Source of the DNA: Azolla caroliniana
Taxonomy: Eukaryota > Plantae > Polypodiophyta
Length of the DNA: 64,000 nt
Direction: 5' to 3'
NCBI GenBank assembly: GCA_043228905.1
Contig: JBHGNT010000001.1
Span: forward strand, 20,150,001 to 20,214,000
Part shown: positions 1-9,589 of the stretch, in pieces
How the letters are laid out: each line of letters opens with the position of its first letter
How positions within the stretch are numbered: the stretch's first letter is position 1
Notes under the pieces: model-generated
The model's input: only the letters and a program-made list of their open reading frames with translations
What the model was told of the DNA's origin: nothing
The model's database searches: none
Program-made: the position numbers and the translations under genes

Positions 1-3000
1 TGCAGCCTCGACTGCCATGAAACAGCTCCCCCTGCATACGTCATCACATACCCTGATGTGGACCGGCTGGTATCTGCATCAGCCGACATATCCGAATCGG
101 TAAAGCCGTCGAGTTCGGGCTTTCCGGAGCCGAATCGGAGGCACACGTTTGCTGTGCCCTTCAGGTATCGGAGTATCCACTTGGCCGCGTTCCAATGCTC
201 TTTACCGGGATTGCTCATGTACCGGCTCACCACTCCGACTGCATATCCGATGTCCGGTCTCGTACACACCATGGCGTACATCAAGCTCCCGACGGCTGAG
301 GCATACGGCACTTTCATCATATCCTCCTTTTCAGCCTTTGTCTTGGGACTTTGCTTGCTGGACAGCTTGCAGTTTGTCGGGAGGGTCGATCCGACCGGTC
401 TTGCTTCCGACATGTTGAACCGGTGAAGCACCTTCGTCACGTACTTCTCCTGTGACAGCCACAACTGCTTCTTCTTCCGGTCCCGGATGATGTGCATCCC
501 TAGTATTTGCCTCGCCGGACCCAGGTCCTTCATTGAGAAGGTTCGGTGAAGAGCCTTCTTCAGCATCCGTATCTTGACCTGGTCCCGTCCGACGATCAAC
601 ATGTCGTCCACGTACAGGAGGAGTATTAGAGAGTCTCCTCCTTCGAACTTCTTCACAAACACGCAGTGGTCGGACTGCGTTTTGAGGTACCCTTCGTCGG
701 TCATGAAGGAGTCGAACTTCCGGTACCATTGCCGGGGAGCCTGCTTCAGTCCGTAAAGGCTCTTCTTCAACCGGCATACCAGGTGCTCCTTCCCTTTCTT
801 CTCGAATCCTTCCGGTTGCTGCATGTAGATCTCTTCTTCGAGGTCACCGTGAAGGAATGCCGTCTTCACGTCCATCTGTTCTACCTCGAGGTCCATGCTT
901 GCCGCTATGCTCAGCACCGTCCGGATGGAGGTCATCTTCACTACCGGGGCAAATATCTCGTCGAAGTCGACGCCCTTCTTCTGCTGAAACCCCTTCACCA
1001 CGATCCTGGCTTTGTATCTCGGGGGGTTTCCGGCATCTCCCGGTTTCAGCTTGAACACCCACTTGTTACGGAGTGCCCGTTTTCCTTTCGGCAACTCCAC
1101 AAGTTCATATGTGTGGTTCTCATGCAGGGAATCCATCTCGTCCTGCATGGCACTCAACCACCTGCGGCTCTGGGTGTCATGCTTTGCTTCTTCAAAGCTC
1201 TCCGGCTCCCCCTCGTCGGTTAGCAGCACGTGCTCTGGTTCCGGAAATCTCCGGGGGGCCCTTCTCTCTCTTAGAGGATATCTCCGTTCCGGAGCTTCGG
1301 TAACCGGTTCTCCCGATTCTTCTTCTTCATCCGAATCCATTTCGGGATCGGGGCCGATTCCGGTATCATTTTCATCTTCTTCGGCCGGTTCTGTTTCTTC
1401 ACCGTCTTCGGCCGGGTCCTCGAGTGCTAACCGGTCCCTTGCCGGTCGGGACTGCTCCTCGTAGAGTTTATTCTCACCGGTCGACTTGGAGCTCTTCATC
1501 TTCTTCTCCGACTCCCAGTCGGCGAGTGTCTTGTCCTCCATAAAGACGATATCTCGACTCCTGAATATCTTCTTGTCGACCGGGTCCCATACTCGGTAGC
1601 CGAACTCGTCGTCGCCGTAACCGAGGAATATGCATGGCCGGGTCTTCGGATCTAGCTTTCCTCTCCGGTCCTTCGCCACGTGCACGTATGCGAGACACCC
1701 GAACACCTTCAGATGCCGGTAGGATACTTCCCTACCGGTCCACACTCTCTGCGGCGTGTCTCCGTCCAAAGGTACTGAGGGTGATCGGTTTATCACATAT
1801 GTCGCCGTCGACATTGCCTCAGCCCAAAACCCCTTGGGTAATTTCGCATGCGCCAACATACTCCGAACCCTCTCCATTATGGTCCGGTTCATCCTCTCGG
1901 CCAGCCCGTTCAGTTCCGGCGTCTTCGGCACAGTAAACTCGAGCCGGATTCCCTTTGAGCGACAGTACTCCAGGAACTGCCCCCGGTATTCCCCTCCGTT
2001 ATCCGCTCGTATCGCTTTCAGCTTCTTGCCGGATTCCCTTTCCACTCTCGCGTGGAGATCTTTGAAGACGCACAACACTTGGTCCTTTGTCTTCATCGGT
2101 GCCGTCCACAGTTTTCGGCTATGATCATCGATGAATGTTACGAAGTACTGGGCTCCGCCATGTGACTTCGTTTCTACCTGACACACATCAGTGTGCACCA
2201 ACTCCAATGGTGCGCTACGTCTCGTCGGTGGTCTTGAGTGGAAGGAGGTCCGGTTTTGCTTACCGGCCAGACAGTCGGTGCACCTCTCCAGGTGCACATG
2301 CTTCACTGGAATAAGGTTGTCTTCTGCAAGCCTCTTCATCCCCTTCTCACTCATGTGGCACAGTCTTTTGTGCCACAGCTCACCGGCAGTGTCGGCTGCC
2401 ACATTCAGCTCTTCCGGACATAACCGGGCATTCATCAGGTACAGTGTGTTGACCTTCCGGGCCCGAGCCACTATCAAGCTCCCCTTGCTGAACTTCATGA
2501 CACCGTTCCGGATGCTACCCGTGTAGCCTTCATCATCTAGCCTCCCGGCCGAAATCAGGTTCAGTCGGACCTCCGGAACGTGTCGGACATTCTTCAGCAG
2601 CATTTTGCATCCGGTCGGGGTTGTCAACCACACGTCTCCTATGCCGGCAATCCGGCACGTACCTTCGTTTCCCATCCGAACACAGCCATGCTCGCCGGCT
2701 GTGTAGGATGAGAAGTATCTTCTCTCCGGGGTCAGGTGGAACGATGCTCCGGAATCGACCACCCAGGTCGTCTCATCGCCGGCAATGTTTAGCTCACCTT
2801 CTTCGGTGATGAGCATGATTTCTTCTTCACTTGCCGCGAGTGCCGTCGTTCCTTTCCGGTCCTGCCCTCGCCGATCCGAACCTCTCCGGTCCGTGGCTCC
2901 CCGGTATGCACCGTTTCTCTCCGGTGACTTCTTCGAATCGGTGTCGTCGGCTCCGTTGTCTTTTCGGTAATGCCGACAATTCTTTCGGAAGTGCCCCGGC

Positions 3001-3713
3001 TTCCCACAGTGGAAGCATGTGGGCCTTCCTCTTGACTGCGACCGGGTCCCCGACTTCTCCCGTCTTTGCGGACTCCGGTTCCATTGTCTTCCCCGATCCG
3101 ATTCGGTAAACAACATCTTCGGGTCGGAGGCCGGTTCCTTATCTCTCCGACGCGCTTCTTCGTTCAAGATACTTGTCTTTACCGTTTGCAAGGACAAGTT
3201 ATCTTCGGTGCAGGAGGTGCTGAGAGTCACCACCAAGTTCTCCCAGCTGTCCGGCAATGTACACATCAGGATGATGGCTTGCATTGCATCCTCCAACGGG
3301 AACTTGATCGCCGCAAGCTGATTCACGAATCCCATGAACGTGCTTACGTGTTCCACCATACTCTCGCCGTCCCGGTACTTGAGATTCACAATCTTCCTCA
3401 TCAGGGAGGTCCGGTTCAACGCATTCTTCCTCTCGTAGAGGCCCGACAGCTTCTTCCACATTTCATATGCGTTGGTGTCGTTCGCCACATGTTGTAGGAC
3501 GCTTACATCGACATATTGTCGGATCGTCGCTACGGCTTTCCGGTTCAGGAGCTTCCACTCCGACTCAAGTACCCCCTTCGGTATTTCCGACCTGTCAATC
3601 GGTTCGTACAGGTCCCGAACAATCAGAAGATCCTCCATCTTGATCTTCCAGTCGGCGTAATTCTGTGCATTCAGCACCATCATCCCCGGCTGCCCGCTGC
3701 CGCCGCCTTCCAT
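1..3713 (-). CDS. gag-pol: Copia Gag-Pol polyprotein (gag, CCHC, protease, integrase, RT, start of RNase H); 3'-partial, apparently uninterrupted
   Basis: Minus-strand ATG at 3713 (MEGGGSGQPGMMVLNAQNYADWKIKMEDLL); CFHCGKPGHFRKNC, WVVDSGAS, LELVHTDVC, NGLAERMNRTI, QMDVKTAFLHG, LLLYVDDML. The ORF track lists nothing in this frame, which fits an ORF with no stop before the window edge. Confidence 0.88.
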   Translation of the reverse strand, partial: MEGGGSGQPGMMVLNAQNYADWKIKMEDLLIVRDLYEPIDRSEIPKGVLESEWKLLNRKAVATIRQYVDVSVLQHVANDTNAYEMWKKLSGLYERKNALNRTSLMRKIVNLKYRDGESMVEHVSTFMGFVNQLAAIKFPLEDAMQAIILMCTLPDSWENLVVTLSTSCTEDNLSLQTVKTSILNEEARRRDKEPASDPKMLFTESDRGRQWNRSPQRREKSGTRSQSRGRPTCFHCGKPGHFRKNCRHYRKDNGADDTDSKKSPERNGAYRGATDRRGSDRRGQDRKGTTALAASEEEIMLITEEGELNIAGDETTWVVDSGASFHLTPERRYFSSYTAGEHGCVRMGNEGTCRIAGIGDVWLTTPTGCKMLLKNVRHVPEVRLNLISAGRLDDEGYTGSIRNGVMKFSKGSLIVARARKVNTLYLMNARLCPEELNVAADTAGELWHKRLCHMSEKGMKRLAEDNLIPVKHVHLERCTDCLAGKQNRTSFHSRPPTRRSAPLELVHTDVCQVETKSHGGAQYFVTFIDDHSRKLWTAPMKTKDQVLCVFKDLHARVERESGKKLKAIRADNGGEYRGQFLEYCRSKGIRLEFTVPKTPELNGLAERMNRTIMERVRSMLAHAKLPKGFWAEAMSTATYVINRSPSVPLDGDTPQRVWTGREVSYRHLKVFGCLAYVHVAKDRRGKLDPKTRPCIFLGYGDDEFGYRVWDPVDKKIFRSRDIVFMEDKTLADWESEKKMKSSKSTGENKLYEEQSRPARDRLALEDPAEDGEETEPAEEDENDTGIGPDPEMDSDEEEESGEPVTEAPERRYPLRERRAPRRFPEPEHVLLTDEGEPESFEEAKHDTQSRRWLSAMQDEMDSLHENHTYELVELPKGKRALRNKWVFKLKPGDAGNPPRYKARIVVKGFQQKKGVDFDEIFAPVVKMTSIRTVLSIAASMDLEVEQMDVKTAFLHGDLEEEIYMQQPEGFEKKGKEHLVCRLKKSLYGLKQAPRQWYRKFDSFMTDEGYLKTQSDHCVFVKKFEGGDSLILLLYVDDMLIVGRDQVKIRMLKKALHRTFSMKDLGPARQILGMHIIRDRKKKQLWLSQEKYVTKVLHRFNMSEARPVGSTLPTNCKLSSKQSPKTKAEKEDMMKVPYASAVGSLMYAMVCTRPDIGYAVGVVSRYMSNPGKEHWNAAKWILRYLKGTANVCLRFGSGKPELDGFTDSDMSADADTSRSTSGYVMTYAGGAVSWQSRL

Positions 3714-3727
3714 TTTCTGCAACAGTC

Positions 3728-3739
3728 GCTCTGATACCA
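3728..3739 (-). promoter_or_regulatory. Primer binding site, tRNA-iMet (E1)
   Basis: Minus strand TGGTATCAGAGC, 3 nt inside the LTR end. Confidence 0.93.
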
Positions 3740-3742
3740 GTT

Positions 3743-4356
3743 TGAAGGGAATAGTCGCTTCGATTCACCTTCTTCACCCGGCCACAACCGAGTAATCGCG
3801 GATCAATGGAGCAGAAAATAGGAACCAAAGAGAGAAACACACGAGTACACAGGGATTAACGTGGAAAACCCTAGATGGGAAAAACCACGGGAGTACAAGA
3901 CTCCAAACAACACTATACAAAGAGAAGTATACAATGACGAGCTCCAAGGCGACGACCTTGAGCTCGCTGTCCTCGCCACAGGCGGCGGAAATACACAGAG
4001 GCGTCGTCCTCTTCCTCTCGCGCGCTCTATCTCTCTCTCTCTCTCTCTCTCACGGCTGCTCCCTCTTCACTCCTCTAAAGTGGAAAAACAGAAAAATAAG
4101 GAGCAACAGCAAAACTGTTTGCCCTAAGTCATATTTATACTTATATGACTTTGGGCTATTTACAACTGTAGCCTCAGGGGCCCATAGCGAACATATTCAC
4201 GGATATGTCCCTGCATCCGGATCGCTCTCCGGGTACATTCGTCATCCGGTACCGAAACCGGGGTCTTCGTCATCCGGATCCGAAACCGAAACCGGGCTCG
4301 TCGGCATTCATCTCCGATATCCGTCCATCCCATGCGAAGGGACCGTAATCCCAACA
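3743..4356 (-). repeat. 5' LTR of copia E1 (~614 bp)
   Basis: Minus strand TGTTGG...CTTCA; TATA-like motif and (CT)n tract; shares blocks with the E2 LTR at 47025-47660. Confidence 0.88.
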
Positions 4357-7110
4357 ACTACAAGATCAAAAGGCAAAGCCACGGAGTGGGAAACTCAAGA
4401 AGCCATCCGGAAGCAGGCAACCAAATGGGTGAAGAAGGCAAATGAACGGAATGCGGCTGAGCTCGAACAACAAAAGGAGAATGCCGAAGAGCTCACCGGC
4501 CCGGGGCAACCCAAAAACCCAACATTGCAGGCGTTACAAGAATGCCAAATCACGTTGCCCTTAGGCCGGCTATTTCAACTGGTACCACGGTTCACGGAAG
4601 GACTGAAGACCGGAAGGACGGCAGCAGACACACCACGGCTCCGGCATTCTTTTCAAATCCGGAGGAAGGACTGGCACTGGTGGACACAAGCAGTCCAGCA
4701 ATCACAGCCATCGTGAAGGGAAAAGAGCTACCCGACACGATTATCGATGGAGGATCTGGCGTGAACGTGATCAGCCTCCGAACATGTAACACGCTAGGAA
4801 TCCAGGACTAGGAACCGTGTCCGTTTTGGCTTCAGATGGCGAACACAAGCTCAATACGGCCGACCGGATTAATACGCGATCTGGAAGTGACCATCGGGGG
4901 TCACACATTTCGCATTTCCGCAGTAGTTCTCCAGCTACAAGCTCAGGGAGCTTACCCACTATTGTTAGGACGACCCTGGTTAAAAACGGCACACATAAAG
5001 CAAAACTGGAGGAAGAACATAATTACGTTCCGGCGAGGAAAAGTGAAAGTACGAGTATCGACTCAACCACGATTCGGTACCGGCAAGGAATCAATGCCGC
5101 TATATGCAGAATGTGTTAACATGATGGAAGGATTGGCGGACGAAGAGGTCGATCAATACTTACAGGAAAATCCGAAGATCATACCTCCGTTCGAGATTGA
5201 TGTAACCAAAGCAGTATCACCCTACGTACTGCACCTGGACAGGACCGACGAGGAGCCGGATAAAGAGGCAATCCGGGAATTACGACAAGCACATGAGGCA
5301 CTAGAAAAAGAAATGGCAGTATCACAACGCGTGAAAGCATCCCAACTAGAAGAGGTAAACCTAGGTACCATAGAGGACACAAGACCGGTGCAGATCGCCA
5401 AGGAAATGACTTCGGAGAATAAAACGGCAATGATCACACTCCTGAAAGAATTTCGCGATGTGTTCACCTGGTCCTACGAAGACATGTTGGAACTCGATCC
5501 TCAGTTATATCAACACCAGATACATCTAAGCAAAGACGCCAAACTGGTAGCGCAACGGCGTTACCGGATGAACCCAAATTACACAGCAAAGGTCAAGGAA
5601 GAAATCGACAAGTTGCTGAGAGTGGGCTTCATCTGACCGGTAAAGAAAGCCAAATGGCTCAGCCCGATAGTGGTAGTAGCCAAAAAGAACGGTAAGATCA
5701 GAGTGTGCGTCGACTACCGGAAATTGAATGCGGCTACGGTAACAGACGCCTTTCCACTTCCATTCACGGATGGAGTCCTGAATGCGGTCGCCGGTCATAA
5801 GGTGTACAGTTTTCTGGATGGTTTCAGCGGCAATAATCAGATCCGGATGCACCCCGCCGACCAGGAGAAAACCGCTTTTGTCACCGAATGGGGAGTCTTT
5901 GTTGCCGTAGTGATGATGTTCGGACTGAAAACGGCACTGGCAACCTTCCAACGGATGCTGCACAGTGCACTCTGGGCTTACCGAATGACATATAAAACAA
6001 GTATCCGCACAACACCATTCCGCTTAGCATTCGGATTAGAAGCAGTGATGCCGGTAGAGTTCCAGGTCCCGAGTTTACGAATACAGATTCGGGAACGCCT
6101 AAAGGAGAAGGAATCGAAAGCTATCCGATTAAACGCGCTGTGCGAATTAGAAGAACACTGGCTAGCCAGCATCATGCACCTAGAACTAGAGCAACGACGA
6201 AGGAAGACGTTCGTGGATCGTCACCGAAAAGGGAACGAAAAGATGTTCAGCATCGGTAAGCCGGTACTCGTGTTCCAGACCCGGATGGGTAAGATGCCGG
6301 GAAAGCTACGGTTTCGGTGGACCAGACCATACTGGATTACGTGAGAGTTCAACGGTTCCTACCAATTAGGGACACTAGCCGACGAGGTTCTAGGTAAATG
6401 GGTCAACAGGTTCCGACTCAAACCATACAATGGACCCATGCCAAGAAACCCATTTGAACAAGTGAAGGGCGACACAGAACCGGACACCGGTAAGGCGGAA
6501 GCACCGGCAAGCGGTCCAACATCTGGAAAGGATCACTATCCGGATAGGGGTCTAGTGGGACCGGTCGCTAATTAGCAAAACCATTTATTATCTTAAAAAA
6601 GGAAAAAGAAAAAGAAAGAAAGAAATCGAATCAAAGCAAATCAAAGCAAATCATGCAAGGGCGAGGAGTGAACGGACACATGCAAAAAGAAGGTGTGAAC
6701 AAGCACTTTGAAAAGGTACGTAGTGGGCTATTAATAGGGTATTAAACCGCTGCCACTTGGCACGTCATTCTATTTTAGTACACGACGTGCACATGCGCGG
6801 GTAATGAAAAAAAAAACATGCGCCAACGTGCAACAAGAAGACCCCTGCCACATAGAAACCCTCACATTTGGCGAACAGAGGAGCACAAACGCAGACAAGC
6901 GATTGAAGATCATTAGACGCGAACCCACGCACACAGAGACTCCTCACACACAACCCTCACCAGCGCTCACCGACCTCAACGAAGCCATGGACTGCCAAGC
7001 ACTCTCTGAAGTAGCCAAGAAGTGGCTAAGGCAACACGGCTTAGAGGGTTTCCTCATCATTATGGAGGCGCCACCGCACCGGGAGGCGGAGAAGATAGTC
7101 AAAGAAATCG
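4357..7110 (+). pseudogene. Ty3/gypsy family A, internally deleted copy: gag end, protease, partial RT fused to integrase C-terminus, start of 3' extra ORF
   Basis: IIDGGSGVN protease; KIRVCVDYRKLN...FLDGFSG RT; TFQR joined directly to LHSALWAYR...TPFRLAFG; GKLRFRW; several stops and frameshifts. Confidence 0.9.
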
Positions 7111-9395
7111 ACAAGCAATACAGTGCACAACCTGCTTGAATTCCGAACACTCGGCACTAGAATGCACTATGAGGACGCAATTTGTAATCTGTCAATCCAA
7201 GGGCCATACGACGGATAGGTGCGAGTATAATCTATTGAACCGGCAAGCACCGCCCGTCTGACAAATAGAGCCACGCAGGAGCCGGGATGAAGAAGAGGAA
7301 CGCTGCCGGCGAATGGACCGATACCGACCGGCACAGGATGTCCGGTAAGAATGATGTCCGGTACGGTGATCGGCGGGATAACTATGACCGGTACGATAGA
7401 TGTGATCGGTACCGGGATTACAATAGACGATACGAACATTACGACCGGGAACACTCCCCCGGGTATCGGCAGCAACGGGAGGAATACGGTAGATATAACG
7501 ACCAACCTCGTAAAGAGTACCGCAATAAGAAGAACTATAACAAAAAACGGCATTTCAAAAAAGGCGGCCAACCACAGGATCCGGAACAAGGAGCTTCAAG
7601 CAGCCAACCGGCCCAAAACCCCGCAGTTACCACAAGACCTGCCTCGGGGACAATAAACAATGCCAAATCCAGCAATACCCGAAAAGCCTACTGCTATTAC
7701 TGCCGACAGGAAGGCCATTATAGTAATCAATGCCCGGCGAAGAGCTATGACAAACGACCGGCAGTAAATATGGTAGTCCCTGAAGTGGCAGATCTGCAGC
7801 AAGTGACCACAAGGTCGAAGGGCATGGCCAAGGAATGGGAGACGCAGGAGCACATCCGGAAGCAAGCGACGGAATGGGTGAAGAAAGCAAACGAGCAAAA
7901 CGTAACAGACTTAGAGCGGCAAAAGGAGAACACCGTAGGGCTTGCCGGCGGCAGTCACTCCGAGAACGAGACATGGCAGGCGTTGCAAGAATGCCAGATT
8001 ACACTGCCACTAGGAAGACTCCTACAGCTCGTGCTGAGATTCACGGAAGGACTTAAGACAGCCATGACGGAAGGAGAATCATCACCGGCACCAGTACTCT
8101 TCTTGAATCCGGAGGAGGGACTAACGGTGGTGGACACCAACAGTCCGGTAATTACTGCCATTGTAAAAGGGAAAGAACTCCCCAGCACAGTAATAGACCG
8201 AGGCTCCGGTGTGAATGTAATAAGCCTCCGGACATGTGATGCCCTGGGAATCCACGAGTGGGAGCCGTGTCCGTTCTGGTTACGGATGGCCGATACAAGC
8301 TTAGTGCGGCCGACAGGATTAATACGAAAATTAGAAGTCACCGTTGGCGGTCATACATTTCACATCTCAGCAGTAGTGCTACAATTACAGGCACAAGGCA
8401 CGTACCCGCTATTGCTGGGGCATCCGTGGTTGAAAACGGCACATATCAAACAGAATTGGAGGAAAAATATAATTACCTTTCGGCGAGGAAAAGCCAAGGT
8501 ACGTGTACCAACACAGCCAAGGACGAGCACTGGCAAGGAATGTACACCGTTGCATGCAGAGTGCGTCAACATGCTAGAAGGGTTAGCTGACGAAGAAGAA
8601 GCTCAGTACTTGCAGGAAAACCCGAAGATCGTACCCCTCTTCGAAATTGACATTGCCGAAGCAGTAGCACCATACTTACCGCAGCCGGAAGAGACTGAAG
8701 CAGAACCGGATAAGGACGCAATCTGAGAGTTACGGCAAGCGCAGGAAGCGTTGGAACGGGAAATGGCCGTTTCACAACGCGTAAAAGCGTCGCAACTTGA
8801 AGAGGTGAACCTAGGGATCACGGATGAACCGGAGATGAAGTCTGAAGACAAAACGGCAATGATCACACTTCTCACGAAATTTCGCGACGTGTTTGCCTGG
8901 TCATACGAAGACATGCGAGGGTTCGACCCTCAGTTATACCAACATCAGATTCACTTGATCAAGGACGCAAAACCAGTGGCACAAAGACGGTACTGGATGA
9001 ATCCCAATTATGCCGCCAAAGTCAAGGAGGAAATTGACAAACTGCTAAGAGTTGGCTTTATCCGTCCGGTAAAGAAAGCGACATGGCTGAGCCCGATCGT
9101 AGTCGTACCGAAGAAGAACGGAAAAATTCGAGTTTGTGTGGACTACCAGAAACTCAATGCGGCTACGGTAATGGATGCGTTTCCACTTCTGTTCACAGAT
9201 GGAGTGTTGGATGCCGTCGCCGGCCATGAGGTCTATAGCTTTCTAGATGGATTCAGCGGGTATAATCAGATCCGGATGCACCCCGATGACCAAGAGAAAA
9301 CGGCTTTCGTCACCGAATGGGGGGTGTTTGTGGCCGTGGTGATGATATTCGGACTCAAAACGGCACCGGCAACATTCCAACGAATCATCATGGAA
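7111..9395 (+). pseudogene. gag-pol: Ty3/gypsy family A gag (zinc knuckles), protease and RT N-part; likely 5' portion of the outer A element ending at 63465
   Basis: CYYCRQEGHYSNQC, VIDRGSGVN, FLDGFSGYNQIRMHPDDQEKTAF in ORFs 7287-8726 and 8751-9404. Confidence 0.9.
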
Positions 9396-9530
9396 TCACA
9401 TTAGCACAAATCTTCAAGCGGCCAACATCTTCACTAAAGCCTTAGGAGCCGACAAGCTATGGCAATTCATGACCGATCTCGGATTGACGATCCCTGACCT
9501 GCCAAGCTTGCTAGGGAGTATTGAAGACAC
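9396..9530 (+). pseudogene. Short copia RNase H C-terminal fragment
   Basis: Translates HISTNLQAANIFTKALGADKLWQF...LPSL (QxADIFTK motif), followed by a degenerate PPT-like sequence. Confidence 0.65.
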
Positions 9531-9589
9531 TACGCAATAACGTGTGAATTCCGCAACCACGCAACGAAGTCGTGAAGAGCCGATCTACC

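Larger units (their letters stand above)
1..4356 (-). mobile_element. Ty1/copia LTR retrotransposon, family E (Tnt1/Tork-like), copy E1; 3' part runs off the left edge
   Basis: 5' LTR 3743-4356, iMet PBS and gag-PR-INT-RT order on the minus strand; abuts family A gag at 4357. Confidence 0.95.

Noticed and set aside
58-3734. Many plus-strand ORFs of 60-185 aa
   Set aside because: Antisense shadows of the GC-rich copia gag-pol; no independent motifs.
4025-4052. (CT)n tract; also (TA)n near 27590 and 45520
   Set aside because: Ordinary microsatellites inside LTRs.
7320-7560. R/D/Y-rich repetitive coding stretch resembling an RNA-binding host protein
   Set aside because: Low-complexity linker of family A gag between zinc knuckles; homologous stretch at 53940-54300.
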